Assembly: GCA_000934665.2 (NCBI GenBank)
Contig: KZ538049.1
Coordinates: 1-64,000 of the forward strand
DNA length: 64,000 nt
Reading direction: 5' to 3'
From: Catajapyx aquilonaris
Lineage: Eukaryota
Shown: one piece after another, positions 12,201 through 25,600 of the stretch
Layout of the letters: every line of letters begins with the position of its first letter
Position numbering within the stretch: position 1 is the first letter of the stretch
Notes under the pieces: generated by a model
Database searches by the model: none
Told to the model about the DNA's origin: nothing
What the model saw: the letters and a program-made list of their open reading frames with translations, nothing else
Position numbers and translations under genes: made by a program

Positions 12201-15200
12201 GTCTGTCTCTGTTCCTTTCACATATCCGGTACAGCGAATAACCAGCTGGCAATGCGCATTAGCCGAACGGATATCACAGAGCGCACACTGAGATACTCTG
12301 GGAATAATACTGGGTTGTTGGGAATGATACTGTCACAAACTAACATGGCTAAGGAAACCATGGTCCACATGCTTCGGTTTTAGTCACCTCAGATTCCAAC
12401 TGCTTCAAGATGTAAGAACTGCGCCCCATGTCTGCTCTTTCGTGGAATTGCCCAGCTCCAGCCCACACATCACGGATTGCACAGGTGGCTGCTCACGATT
12501 GTGGGTTTGAACTTCTCCCCCATCCCTATTCCCCAGATTTGGCCCCCTCCGACTACCACCTCTTTCCAAAACTCAAAGAGAGCCTGCGTGGGACTCATTT
12601 TTCTGGTGATGAAGAAGTGATCAGTGCTATGCATGAGTGGTTGGGTGGGGTAGGGAAAGATATTTTTTTACATGGAATCCAGAAGTTGGAGCACAGATTG
12701 CAGAAGTGCATTAGTGTTCAGGGGAACTATGTTGAAAAGTCTCAATAAATTGGTGATTATTAAAACAGTCTTTCTATGCGAGGCTCACAATTCATTGACT
12801 CACCCTCGTACATACAGGGTGTTTACGAGCTAACTTTACAAACTTCTAGGGGTAATAGAGGGGACCAAGACAAACATATTTCACATAGGAACCCGTGTCT
12901 GGAAGCGCCATCTAGAGGGGGTTCATAGACAAGGAATGGGTGCGCTCGGACGCGTCAGGTGGGCGGCATTAGTGAGCGGACCGTTTAGTTGCTAGGTGCG
13001 CGCGGATTGTACACAACTCAGCAATTCGCCATAACCTGGCAACAACAGAGTTGTTATTTATTATCTGCTTGCTACCTAGCATGCTGACTTTAGCTGTTAG
13101 GTGGTTCTGTAGTTCCCAGGTTATTGCGAATTGCGAAGTTGTGTACAATCCGCGCGCCACCCAGCAACTAAACGCTCCGACCGCTAACGCCCCCCGCCTG
13201 ACGTGTCTGAGCGCACCCGTTCCTTGTCTATGAACCCCCTCTAGATGGCGTTTCCGGACATGGGTTCCTCTGTGAAATATGTTTGTCTTGGTCCCCTCTA
13301 TTACCCCTAGAAGTTTGTAAAGTTAGCTCGTAAACACCCTGTATATATGGCACCAACAGTTATTGGAAAAATCGCGCAAGCTGCTTGTTTATAAGCAGGT
13401 CGTTGCTAAGAGATACTTTCTAGAGTATCGGGAATAGCACCTGCTGATATTAGGTCCAATGCCCATGTAACAATTAATGAGGGAAAAAAGGATCATCCGT
13501 GGGAGCTATGCCGACGTTAGCTTCGTCTACTGGTAGGGCCACCCAAGTCGGACAGGTCTCTGGGATAAGCGACATAATAATAATGAGAGATACCAGTCTT
13601 TCCTCTCTTCTTTTTTCCTCTTCATTTCTCCCTCCATCTATCCCACCTTTGCGTCTTCTATATCCAGATAGCCATAGTTGCTTTGGCTTCTTCCAAATAA
13701 ACCAAACCGAACCAAACTGTTGCGACCCTGATATGGAAAGGTGCCCATCGTACCTGTCATAATCGCTTTTATTCTCTTTTATTTCCGCATCTCTAAACTG
13801 ATTCATGTGTTGGCCCTGAAAAGGGCCGATTTTGGTGTTTGCTGGAGGGATTCAGATGAGGTGCTCAAAGTTACCCCCACCCAGTTGCTGGCAAGTCCTG
13901 GCACGGCCCAGGGTTGAGTTGCGGACACGTCGGATGGTCGATGGGGTCACAGCAGCGCAAGCATTCCTGATCCTGTCCTGCAGGACTGCTAGGGTGGGTG
14001 GCTACGTCTCGTAGACCACCTGTTTCACATTACCCCACAGGAAAAAATCCAGCGGGGTCAGGTCAGGTGACCTCGCTGGCCAGGGGTGTGGACCTGCACA
14101 GCATATCCACTTCCCAGGGAAGTGACGATCCAGCCAGGCCCGGACGCTGCCGTGATAGTGTGGCAGCGCACCGTCTTGTTGGAACCACATTGACCGCCGT
14201 GTCGCCAACGGCACATCCTCCAGGAGTTCTGGGAGTGTGTGGCGCAGGAACCGCCGGTACCTCCGCCCCGTCAGCGTCCCCCTGGAAGAAGTACGGCCCG
14301 ACCATGTAGTCCCCGATGATCCCGCACCAGACATTGACCCTCCAGTTGTCCTGGAAGTGGGTCGGCCGTACCCAGTGTGGGTTTTCCTTCGCCCAGTAAT
14401 GTAGGTTGTGGCGGTTCACCACCCCAACGCTTGAAAACTGCGCCTCGTCGGACCACAAGATGAGGTGCACAGGGGGGGCCCTCCTAGATAGTAGCCAGCT
14501 GCAAAAGGCGACGCGTAGCTGGTGGTCCCCTCGTTTCAGCCCATGTACCAGGTGGATCTTGTATGGATGGTACCGAGCACCACGCAGAACACGCTGGACT
14601 GTCCCAAAGGTGGAGTCGCACTGCTGCGCAATCTCCCGGATCCCAGCACCAGGTTTGGCAGCCACATACGCTCTAATAGCGATGACGTGTGGCTTGTCTC
14701 TCGCCAGACGGGTATGGACTGCTCCACGTTGCATTGGAGCAAGCACCCCGTGTTCCCGGAGGCGACGCACCAGACACCTGATGACAAACCTACTGGGTAG
14801 GCGGCGACCCGGATACATCCGGGCGTACTCCCTGGCAGTCTCTGCGGCGTTCTCTCCGCCAACACCGAAGAGCAACACCATCTGGAATATTTCTGAGTTG
14901 GTGAAGGTGCCATGGCTGCTGCTCTCCGAATGGAACCCAATGCAGACTGTACTGTTAGGCACGTTCTGACTCTACAAGAACTGTTTATTGACTGGTAACT
15001 AAACAATGCTGCCTGTTGACCTATCTCAGCTGCGCCAACTGGCCAACAATGAACAGACCAGAAGGCCTATTTATTGACACAACCGGGTCTGTCCAGTTCG
15101 ACGGATGAGCCCTCTGGTTTGGCAGCTAGTGACCTCATGTGAAACCCTCCAGCGAACACCAAAACGGGCCTGTTTCCTACGGATGACCCTTTTAATTGTT

Positions 15201-15908
15201 ACATGGGCATATCAGCAGGTGCTATTCCCGATTCTCCAGAAAGTATCTCTTAGCAACGACCTGCTTATAAACAAGCAGCTTGCGCGATTTTTCCAATAAC
15301 TGTTGGTGCCATAGAGTTGGATCACCCTGTGTTTATACTCTATATATACAGGGTGTTTATTGTAACTCTGCAAAGACTTTCAGGGGTAATAGAGGGGACC
15401 AAGACAAGCATTTTTGCCATAGGAACCCGTGTCCGGAAACGCCATCTAGAGGGGGTTCATAGACAAGGAACGGGTGCGCTCTGACGCGTCACGCGAGAGG
15501 CGCTAGGTGAGCGGACTATTTTGTTGATAGATGGCACTCGGATAGTAACCAACGATGCGATGTGCCATAACGTGGCAACAGCAGAGCCATCTAGCAACTA
15601 AAGTCGGCCTCCTAGGAGACGCACGGATAGTCAACAGCGGTTCTGTTGTTGCCAGGTTATGGCGTATCGTGTTGTTGTTTACTTACAACGACGCGATACA
15701 CCATAACCTGGCAACAACTGTGCGCCATCTATCAACAAAACAGTCTGCTCCCCTAGCGCCTTTCGCGTGACGCGTCTGAGCGGACCCGTTCCTTGTCTAT
15801 GAACCCCCTCCAGATGGCGTTTCCGGACATGGGTTCCTAAGTCAAAAATACTTGTCTTGGTCCCCTCTCTTACCCCTGAGATTCTTTGCAGAGTTACAAT
15901 AAACACCC

Positions 15909-15940
<32 letters not shown>

Positions 15941-16852
15941 GGTCTGGAAACTAGCCCCCTTATCGCATAGATCTCCAGAGTCCCACCCGGTCCCTTCTGC
16001 ACTACAGTGAATGGAGCGACACCCCTCACTGTGGTGAAAATTATTACTATTAATTGAGAGCTGATCATGAGATCGCGTTCCCTCACTAGGTGCGCTGTGG
16101 CCAGACTAGCGGAGAGCACTAAAAAAACGGGACAAAAGCGCCACAAACTCAAGCAATGCGGCAACCTACCTGACTACTGATAAGCCTCTCCGTGCCTCTC
16201 GAAAGTCACGGGGGTCAGAGGGGGAAACCTATGTGAAAAAAATGGACACAATGGTATGCATGCTCAGAAGACACGGCTGGTGTGACGTCAGATGGGGCTT
16301 TTATATCAAACTACCTTATCGTAGGAGTGACAGGGGGCTGCTTCAGATCGTTCTTTAGTTTAAAGGACTGTATGTACGTTATTTTAATTCACTAAGTTTG
16401 AAATAAACTTATTTAAAGATTCAAAGCCAATTTCATGCCTGAAGGGCAAAAGCAACACCATATTTTTGAAGTGAAGGCTTCGAATTATCCCCCCACATTC
16501 AAACCTCCAGTGGAATGACCCCCTCTAGTCAATCCCCAAGGGTCATATTACATAATGGCTGATTGGGAGTGGTCGCCTCATTCACAGGCCTTCTTGGTCA
16601 GGTGGGCACACTAGACCCAGGGCCATTTTAGGCAGGAACGGTGCGTATTTGACTATTGAATGGAGGAGTGAGACTGTACAAGTGTAACGCCTCCATAGTA
16701 TTAAACATTTTTCTGCAATATATTATGCCTAACCAACACACCTGCATCCGACGAACATGGGACTTGTCCAGATCTTCGATCAGACTAGTAATTGCTCCCC
16801 GTGCCGTTGCTTCAGCTGCTTCGGGAGTTACGGCACCTTTGGAGAAATCCAT
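9287..16852 (-). CDS. FAM136A: FAM136A-like protein (DUF842, Cys-pair), 149 aa; exons 16852-16742, 9761-9621, 9541-9464, 9406-9287
   Basis: LDKSHVRRMQ/ASMHLCAAKCCED..VQACMSAC..ELHDFQ/DRLNRCIMQCQD../..CAVNCIDTHVRLLP matches the FAM136A pattern; all exons join in phase 0. Confidence 0.92.
9789..10070. mobile_element. piggyBac-like MITE (282 bp)
   Basis: TTAA on both sides, TIR CCCTGGAACCGTGCCGTG, subterminal GGGGTC-n-GACCCC. Confidence 0.9.
11207..12453. mobile_element. Non-autonomous element with a 4-bp TSD and GGG termini (Sola2-like), inserted in the mariner catalytic domain
   Basis: TIR GGGCAATTCCACG; AGCT duplicated; removing the insert restores GAC AAA GCT CCA GCC CAC (DKAPAH). Confidence 0.75.
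11695..12042 (+). mobile_element. tRNA-derived SINE, family A copy 2
   Basis: B box GGTTCGAATCCC, (TTA)n tail, 12-bp TSD ATCTTATTATGG. Confidence 0.88.
12815..13341. mobile_element. Foldback MITE with CAGGGTG termini (Tc1/mariner superfamily), copy 1
   Basis: Arms of ~200 bp are near-perfect reverse complements; TA flanks. Confidence 0.9.
13346..15329 (-). mobile_element. DD41D (rosa-type) Tc1/mariner element; decayed transposase ~14912-13852
   Basis: WSDEAQF, WFQQDGA(41 aa)D in WPARSPDLTPLDFFLWG, C-terminal GGNFEHLI; ~120-bp TIRs at 13346-13477 and 15193-15329. Confidence 0.9.
15349..15910. mobile_element. Foldback MITE with CAGGGTG termini, copy 2 of the 12815 family
   Basis: Shares GGGGTAATAGAGGGGACCAAGAC...CCATCTAGAGGGGGTTCATAGACAAGGAA arms with copy 1. 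Confidence 0.9.
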
Positions 16853-17061
16853 GCCCAAAAACCCGTGCCAAAAACTCTAGGACTGGCAAGCGTGCTGGAC
16901 AAAAGACAATCGCGGAAAAGTGTAGCCAACAGGAAGCAAGGCATGAGAAAGGTGCCTGCTAGGGAGCTGTTCGCAGTTGGCACCGCTGGGTTCATGACTT
17001 GCCGCTTCTGTCATTCAAACTAGGGTGTAGTGTACCCTATGACCTTATTAAACAGCAGTGA

Positions 17062-17184
17062 TTGGGTAGAATTATCGTCCCACTGCTAGTTACTGCTAAC
17101 TTAGCAGTACCATGACTTCGACCATGACCAACACTGGTGCTGCTAAGTTATCTGTAACTAGCAATGGGACGATAAATCGACCCA
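17062..17184. mobile_element. ~120-bp hairpin mini-MITE just upstream of FAM136A
   Basis: TGGGTAGAATTATCGTCCCACTGCTAGTTAC...GTAACTAGCAATGGGACGATAAATCGACCCA. Confidence 0.65.
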
Positions 17185-19660
17185 TTGTTGTCGACAATGT
17201 ATAATATTGTGTATCTGATTATGATTACCACTTACCATACTCAAAAAGGACTGGCACCAAGGAGAACATGGCTACGTGTAATGGCATGAAGGTGCATCAA
17301 GGTATGCTGCATTTACGACTGAAAACCCTTGAAATTCTGCCCCCCTCCACCAAAAAAGCTCTGCTGGCATGCACGTGCCCGCTCAAAATTTTCCTAGCTT
17401 TCTTGCTTGTCCGAAGGCCCAGTTCAGTAGCACTGCCCTAACCCAACCAACCCTGCAAATGAAGATTGAAACACCACTCATGTGTGGGGACTTGTGACAG
17501 CCATAGTCCTTATTGGTGACTATTTTGTACTGAATCTTATATCCGCTAATGTGACAGCCTGCTTAGGCAGTCTGCCACTGAATTATAATTGAAGAGAATT
17601 GCAGAGCAATAAGTCTAACAGTAGCAGGGTAGATGTGGATTATGCCCAAATTCATGGAAGGCCAGCACCATTTCAGACCTGGCCTGGAAGACGCTATGCA
17701 AAGAATCAGCCTACCCCTGATATGAAACCCAACAACAGCTATTCATTAATTCTTACTTGACATTTATGTGACATTGCAATTGTATCTAAACTAAGCACTC
17801 TTCCGCTTTTTGCAACTGCTGAAAACAAAGGGTGCCAGAAACGCACATTTTGTCTGCATCCCAAAAACTTTAATTTCCACTTTCTCTCTCTCTCCAATGA
17901 AACTGTCTTGCTTTGCAGTCAACTTCAAATACAATATTTGTATCTCCGAAAGTAACCTTTGTCTTGGCATTGAAAGTTATGACATGAGTCACGAAAAAAC
18001 AAAACTGGCCACCTGAAAACATGAGACATGCTATCCAGGAGTGTTCCACAAGCTTATAAAGCAGACCTACACACATGATTTCACTTGAGAACAGTACAAG
18101 CAACCAGTACTGTTAAAAGACTCACAGAAGGCCATTAAAAATTTAGCTACTGGCATCTTACTCGCCTGCATTCATGAGAAATCATTTAAATTATGCTGCA
18201 CCTCACAAATATTAAAATGGACTAGAATAAAATGATGCAACAAAACAATATTGCAGGGAGTAAAAGGGGCCAGATCCCAGTTATGACAGTGGAACAGTTC
18301 TGGACACATGCACATGACAATCATTCGCTTCCACATGTTCATTAGGAAACCACCATCTGAGATAAAAGAAATGCTCTTGACAATCAAGGATAGATTTTGG
18401 GACAATTACTGCTATGGACCAATTGATTTTTTTGGAATCCAGCCCCGTGTGATCACATTGCATAGTTTGACTCTAATTTCCAACTCTAAGCTCATGTAGG
18501 CATACGCCATGTGGCTAACACTACGAACAGCATGGATTCCTCATCCATCAAATGCTGGTCCAATGTGATCAGATAATTTGTAGGGGACTTATGCGGGCAA
18601 CTAGACACACCCAATGCCCTCTGAAACTCTGCTAATCTTACACAAGCACTGGACTCATCAACAGTAACAACAATGCATGTGGAGTCCTTGTATCAGCCTC
18701 TCTTGTAAAGTAATAGTTCTGCAGCAGGATATGAAATCAAGACAACTTCAGGGATACTTTTTACGCATACAGTTGCATATTTTATGCTGCTATTAAGAAA
18801 AGAAACATTTACTACATGTACACATGACATGACATATTCCTGCTTCACCTTTCCGATTACTTGGAATTGACCAAAAACTCGGCCTTGATTCTACATTTAA
18901 GGCTCGTACATCTTTTGGCCTGCAGACAGCGTGTCCTTCTCGCTTGTCTGTAAAAATCAACCAAATTGCCAAGGAAATGGTTATTAAGGACAATTTGCTA
19001 TCATCATCGCTTTATGGTCAATCTGGCTCTTTCATGACACCATCCACTGGAAATAATGCAATGGGCAAAACTGCAACAGATACCCTTCATATCTCTACAG
19101 GGTGCATCCTATTGCCCAGTTGTTCATGACAAGTGGAATTTGGCAGAGAGAGAGCTTCCAACTTGATGCTTTTATTTCATTCTTGCAGACTTGTTTGGCT
19201 CTGAGAATACTGTACTAGCCAACTGCCACATTTTGATAATAACATTTCCATAACAACAACTAGAGAAAATTAAAAACTCCTCGCCGCTCGTGAGCCAACA
19301 ACAGCCAAGTGGCTTTGCCACCCTTGCCATGAGTTGCCATAATTCATTAATTTTGCTGCCTGACGTTACGCACCAGTTTTATCTTCGCTTCAAACGCATA
19401 ACCTCTTGAAACCTTGCTACAATCTGGATGATCACAACAACATAATCCAAATAAAGTATCGGTACCTTACAAAAAACGAATGTAAATTTTTCATCAATCA
19501 TAGATATCTACAAAAAATCTCAACTGGGCAACAATTTAGTAAAGCACCCGTGCAATATTTTTTGTTTGTTGATTTGCCCCCTTCCTGAAGTACATTCCTC
19601 TCCGTTAAAATGACAAGAGAACGAGTGGAGAGGAGTTGCTTAGGGTTGTCTTGGCAACCC

Positions 19661-22600
19661 TTACCAGAATGTATACCCTCCATCTCCACTTCCTGTGAGA
19701 AAGGATCCTTTCTTCTGAGCAAGAGCCACATTGTGCCCTGCCATGGCAGCCAATTGAGCCGTGTTAGGTGCCACTCCTGGTGGGGGTGGGGGAACAATGG
19801 GTTGTGCCATGCCATCAAAGCGAGCTCCAGCATCAAATGCATTCTGTAACGGTGCCAAAAAAATATATAAATGTAGAAAATTATGTGAGGTAACAAGTAA
19901 GGGCGGCTTGTGTGATCAATGGTAAATTCATCTAACAAGTGATTAATCGTATGTGAATAAAATGGATCAACCACTTGTTCTGGATTACTACTGATCATGC
20001 AACCAGCCCTAGAATAAATTACAATGCATACGTGGATGGACTCTTATTTGTAATGAACTTAAAACAAAAACATAACAGAAACAGGACCATATAAAAGAGG
20101 ACATAATTATGAGCTCCATAAACAATTGTCAATTTGGCAGAACAGCCCATAAGGTTGGCTATGGTTCACCAAGCAGGGCCATATGCCAACAAACACGTGC
20201 CCCCACTTGCAAGAAGCTACGAGAGTCATTCCAAAATAAGGTTCCTTTAGTGATTATCTCCGAAAGTGTTGTACATGCACTACCGGTCAAAAGTTTAGCA
20301 TCACCCCCAAGCAGAGGTTTTTTTTATTTCTCAAGCCTAAACTTACAGTACAAATTGAAGGTGTGAGGCAAAGTTTAAAGCATCGAGACTAACACTAGAA
20401 ACCAAAAAAGGAATGGTCATTCTAGGATTACCTATTTTGTTAAAATAAAAATTCTCGAAAACCTACATTTTCAACCATAAATATTAATAAATAAAGGTAA
20501 CCATCATGAATTCATGCTTTATTATTTTTATTCATGGCAATAAGTAAACGCCGAACACAAGAAAAATTATCACTCGTACGGGAATTGTTTAAAATTTCCA
20601 ATAATAATCCTACAGATATGGGGTTTGGACCAGCTGATTTGTTAAGGTTTTCCTAATCAGCTGGTCCAAACCTAATATCTGTAGGATTTTCGGTTCTCAA
20701 GTTATGCACTGTTGACAATACGTCAATTGTTGGGTGCATATAAGAAGAAATGCAGCAAATTTTTAAAAATTCCAGTTCGAGTGATAATTTTGTTTAAATT
20801 TTCGTGGTAATTTTTCTTGTGTTCGGCATTTACTTATTGCCATGAATAAAAATAATAAAGCATGAATTCGGGATGGTTACCTTTATTTATTAATATTTAT
20901 AGTTGACTATGTAGGTTTTCGAGAATTGTTATTTTAACAAAATAGGTAATATCTGCGCCTCTGTTGAACCTAGAATGACAGTTCCTTTTTTGGTTTGTAG
21001 CATCAGTCATGACGCTTTCAACGGTGCCTCGCACTTTTAATTTGTACTGTAAGTTTAGGCTTGAGAAATAAAAAAACCTCTGCTTGGGGGTAATGCTAAA
21101 CTTTTGACCAGTAGTGCATGGGAAAAACTTTACCAACAGCAGTTAAGAGTGGATTATTCTGCATGAGTGAGCCAAATCCGGTCTTCCTCGTGCACTCCGC
21201 GCATGCGCAGGAGTAAGTGGAAGAAAGCGACTTTTGCACAGGATGCGCCTGCGCCATAACAGCTCGAGTCAAAGGACGTGGACGAAAGATGACGTGAGCG
21301 TGGTTATCCATGTGTTTCACATCATCGTCCAGACAACTGTATCCACGTAAATCATGGCTTCCACCCATTCAACCCTCACTTTTGTCGTCGACAGCCTTCC
21401 AGGCCACTGCTTATCTGCCACACTGTCATAGCAGTCACAGAACTACTGGTATCATCGGTGAACCATTGCTGTGGGTCACTGTGAAAACAGTTGTCTGGAC
21501 GATGACGTGGAACATGTGGATAACCGTCCTCACTTCATCTTTCGTCCACGTCCTTCGACTTGAGATCTTATGGCGCAGGCGCTTTCTGTGCAAAAGTCGC
21601 TTTCTTCCGCTTACTCCTGCGCATGTGCGGAGTGCTCGAGGAAGCCTGGAATTGGCTCACCCATAGAGAATAATGCACTCTAACTGCTGGTGGTAAAGTT
21701 TTTCCCATAATTATGTACAATACTTTCGGAGATAATTGCTAAACGAAACTTCTGTTCATCATCTGTTATTGGGTATGGATGGTTATGCAGTTAAAAATAA
21801 AAATAAACAAAATTTAAAAAAAGCTGAATTCCCCACAAATCTTTTTTTTTTAAACACACACAGACTGTACCTGTTAATTTGAATTTTCACATTTACGATT
21901 AGATATAGATATTAGATATTAGATATAGATTTAGATATAGATATGGAAGGGGCCCTGACATAAATTGCCTCAGGGTGAATATTTGGATACCAATCCACAA
22001 ATTGAGCTGCCCTGTACTGCAGAAAAATTGTAACCATGGCTGAAAACATTTTGTACTCTCTTATTACATCTCATTGGTGTGGCCAAGGTGCTTTAAAGGC
22101 ACTATATGCATTCCTGCATCTCACCCTGCAGTGGTTAAATCATTAATCCAATTTGTTAAAAACGTCAACTCAATCAAACATGAAGTCCTGATATTAGTAG
22201 CTAATTTATTTTTACAAGACAGAGTGGCACTACTGTAATGGATGTTCCCAGGGATGGAACCAACTTTTGTCACTTTTACATATTTTGTTAGGCGATTAAG
22301 AGATTTAGCTTTTTTTTCGATTTGGTCCTACTGTACGCCGGAGCGATCGCCCGTGGGCTGTGGGTGGCACCCGGTCCGGACGCGGGTTACGGAGCAGCCA
22401 GGACCCGTATACTGGTCTTGCCGAACGGGCTGGCCCGCCGAACGATGACGCTAACCGATCGCAGGGAGCGTAGTCACGAGATCGGTCTAAATGAGTTCGG
22501 TTGGGGGCGCTCGGCTTCGTGGCTCATTCCCGACGGGAGCATTACATACAATACGACTCTAACAAACAACAGTCGATTTTGCCTGCAACGCCGAGAACCC

Positions 22601-25600
22601 AGACAACGCAACACGCTTAGCACGAAATCGGTGCATGATCTTGGGAACCCACAGAAGCGCTTCTAGCAGCGGTTCCTGGATTTGCAACTGAGTGAGAACC
22701 GGTTGCAACAGAATATTGCCCAATAGGTTCTGAAAGCGGTAGTGGTATTTAAGCGCTTCCACATTTGCGAAGCGGTTCTCGCTAGCAGAAGCCGTAGAGA
22801 AGCGGTTCTGATGGGAAGGAAGCGGTTCTTTTTCCATCCCTGGATGTCCCTATGGATGGAAGGGTCCTTAGTTCGATCCCAAGCTCAGGTCTGCCCCTCT
22901 TTCATCTCATGCGGAGTTCAGGTCATCTCTGCCATCATCTCAGGTGGGATTTCCACTAGGCTCAACACCCAGGGGAGCACACAAAACAATTCTGACAGAA
23001 ACACTGCTCTTGCAGCTTGCCAGCCATTTCAGTAACCCTTCCCCACAGCAGACCCAGGCATTTCGCTAAACAATACCATCATCATAATGGCCAAATAATG
23101 CAGGTCCTTGCAGTACCTCATTCGAGATCATTACTACTAAAATTACTATTACCGTATTACCTCTCAAAGCGGCATGCCGGTGTAGTAGAGGTCGACCAGT
23201 TTTTAGAAATGCAATATCTGGTGGCTATACCGGCATGCCGGTATAAGCTGAGGTTTTCACATAAGTTGCATTATCCTTTCCGAACTTGACATTTGGTGAA
23301 AATCGAAATTCACGTAACGGCTTCAGAAAAGGCATATTTTCAGAATCGGGTACCCATTCCATATATTGTTTACAATTGCAGTATCTGGGAATGATCTCTA
23401 TTTAAACAGTATGTTGGAGCAGGGGGTTCCCCATGCCAGATTCAATGTTATAGAACAGAGCTGAATGAAAAGCTTTGTGTTACTTAAACTGCCTGTATTA
23501 GCATTATTATTTAAAAATATGACAATAACATGATGTAAATCACTAAATTCTTGGCAGATTCACAGAATACCCAACTGTAAAATATGGACACATCTTGCAA
23601 TCCCCCCATGACCGTCTTCCTGTCCCCGAAGGTGGCTCACCTAGGCTTCTGACCCACCCAGCATTTGGGTAGTCCCACGTAATTCTAATTTTTTTTAAAT
23701 TCCCACCAAACATCTTCCAAGGGGAAAATTTCATACTTTAACATCAAATTAAAGATTGCCAACCTTGAAAACCCAATGTTTCCAATTTTCGTGTGCATAC
23801 GACTTGAGTTTTGCCTCGATTCCGCCTTGTTTCCCCACCACAAGTCAAGCCTACTGTTGAACAGACAAATCACCTAACACATTGGCATCACTTGCCCTGT
23901 AGACATGCCAGGAGTAAGAAACTGGACACTGTAACCAATAAGCCCCATTCAATTTTGGTTCCAAAAGCTAATGCAGATGACTTAAGGTCAGGGACATATT
24001 ACCAAAGGGCACACAAGGAAAGTGCCCAGGGCTTACAAAATTTAGGGACCTCGCAAAGGTCCTATTTTTAACTGCATATACCCGTACTTGTTGGACCTGA
24101 GTTAACACTAAGCGGATATTCGTATTTTGTAATCAGTTCAAGTGACCAGAAAAATTCATTATCGATATTAACTGGCTGCTGGAACTACAAATCCCTATCA
24201 ATAAATTGCAGATGTAGATGCCAAAATAGTCAAAGAGAAGTGGGAGATTTGTTTATATTTAGAGCACCTGTGACAGGGGCAATATAATGAGAACCTAGTG
24301 GGAGGCAGATTCAGTGGCTGCTGTAGTGGAACTGCAAACACCCTCAGTGGGGCCTATAAAAATTTTGGGGCCCTGGGGCCCACAGACAGCTTAATATGAC
24401 CCTGCTTAACTCCTTGCATACGCGTACTCCAAAGATACGGACAAGATATTTTACTAATAATAACAGCTATACTTACCCGTTCAGGGAAAACACTATGAAT
24501 GTGTGTCCGGAACCATTTTACTCCTCTAGAAGTCCCTAAATTAATTTCCAAAAAAAGGCTATAAAAACTCGAAATTTGAGTACTGCCGACCAACTGTTAG
24601 GCTGATTTAATTATGAAATGCATAAAAATATGCAGAACAACAACCTTGAGAACAAATGTGCTGAAATCATCGTACTTCATAAGAAATAAATTAATACTTA
24701 CTTGCGGCTTTCTGGCACTCAGGGCAAATCCAAAATGAGCACGAAATGAATTTGCTAAATCGTCATACTTCACGAGAGGTAAATAAATTTGGGGGTTTTC
24801 CGAAGTGCCAGAAAGCCGCAAATATATATTAAGATATTTCTCGCCAAGTACGACAATTTCAGCAAATTCATCTGGCATAGTTCTCAAGGTTGCTGTTCCG
24901 CATATTTTCAAGCATTTCATAATTAAATCAGCCTAACAGTTGGTTGGCAGAACTCGAATTTCGAGTTTTTATAGCTTTTTTTTGGAAATTAACTTAGGGA
25001 CTTCTAGACGAGTAAAATTGTTCCAGACACATTCACTGAACGGGTAAGCATAGCTGTTGTTATTTGTAAAATATCTTGTGCGTATCTTTGGAGTACGCTT
25101 AATCAAAAATCGGTGTGGTTGGGGCCTATCTGGTAGCGAAGGGGTTAAGATGTTTAGTTTCCTTTTCCCTTCCTCACATTGTGTTACCCCCAAATCATAC
25201 ACTACTGCTCAAAAGTTTTGCAAAACGCACTGAAGTGCTCAATCGTGCACATAAAATGTCTTCATGCTCTTCGATTGGACTAGTGAAGCATTAATGACTG
25301 AATTAGGCTATAGGTGGTAGGAAAATTATGACAGCAGTGTCAAAGGGCATGTAGGGATGGAAATCTGTGCAAATCAAGAATGTGTTGACTAGAGTGTATT
25401 TGCAAGTCGCGCACGTATTCATTGCCTAGAACAAAGCAAAAGGAGATCATATTGTCATACACTGACAATAATGTGTGGGGATTGATGTCTTGAACACGAT
25501 CTAATCATTTCTGTGCCATGTTTACATTATGTTATGTTTGCTTATGTCAACATTGTTACATTCAGTTACTTCTTTACTTCGTCCAATTGCAGCAATTCTT

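Larger units (their letters stand above)
10271..12808 (+). mobile_element. mariner-type element with a decayed transposase (~10449-12748), interrupted by a nested element
   Basis: ~28-bp TIR starting CGAGGGTGA, TA flanks; WVPRRL, TQDETW, LHQDKAPAH and PYSPDLAPSDYHLF motifs. Confidence 0.92.

Noticed and set aside
14406..15006. Overlapping 150-190 aa ORFs in other frames
   Set aside because: Shadow frames of a GC-rich transposase
13346..15329. Possible Fanzor/TnpB-like cargo in Tc1/mariner elements
   Set aside because: No second ORF with RuvC or zinc-ribbon motifs seen in any element in the window
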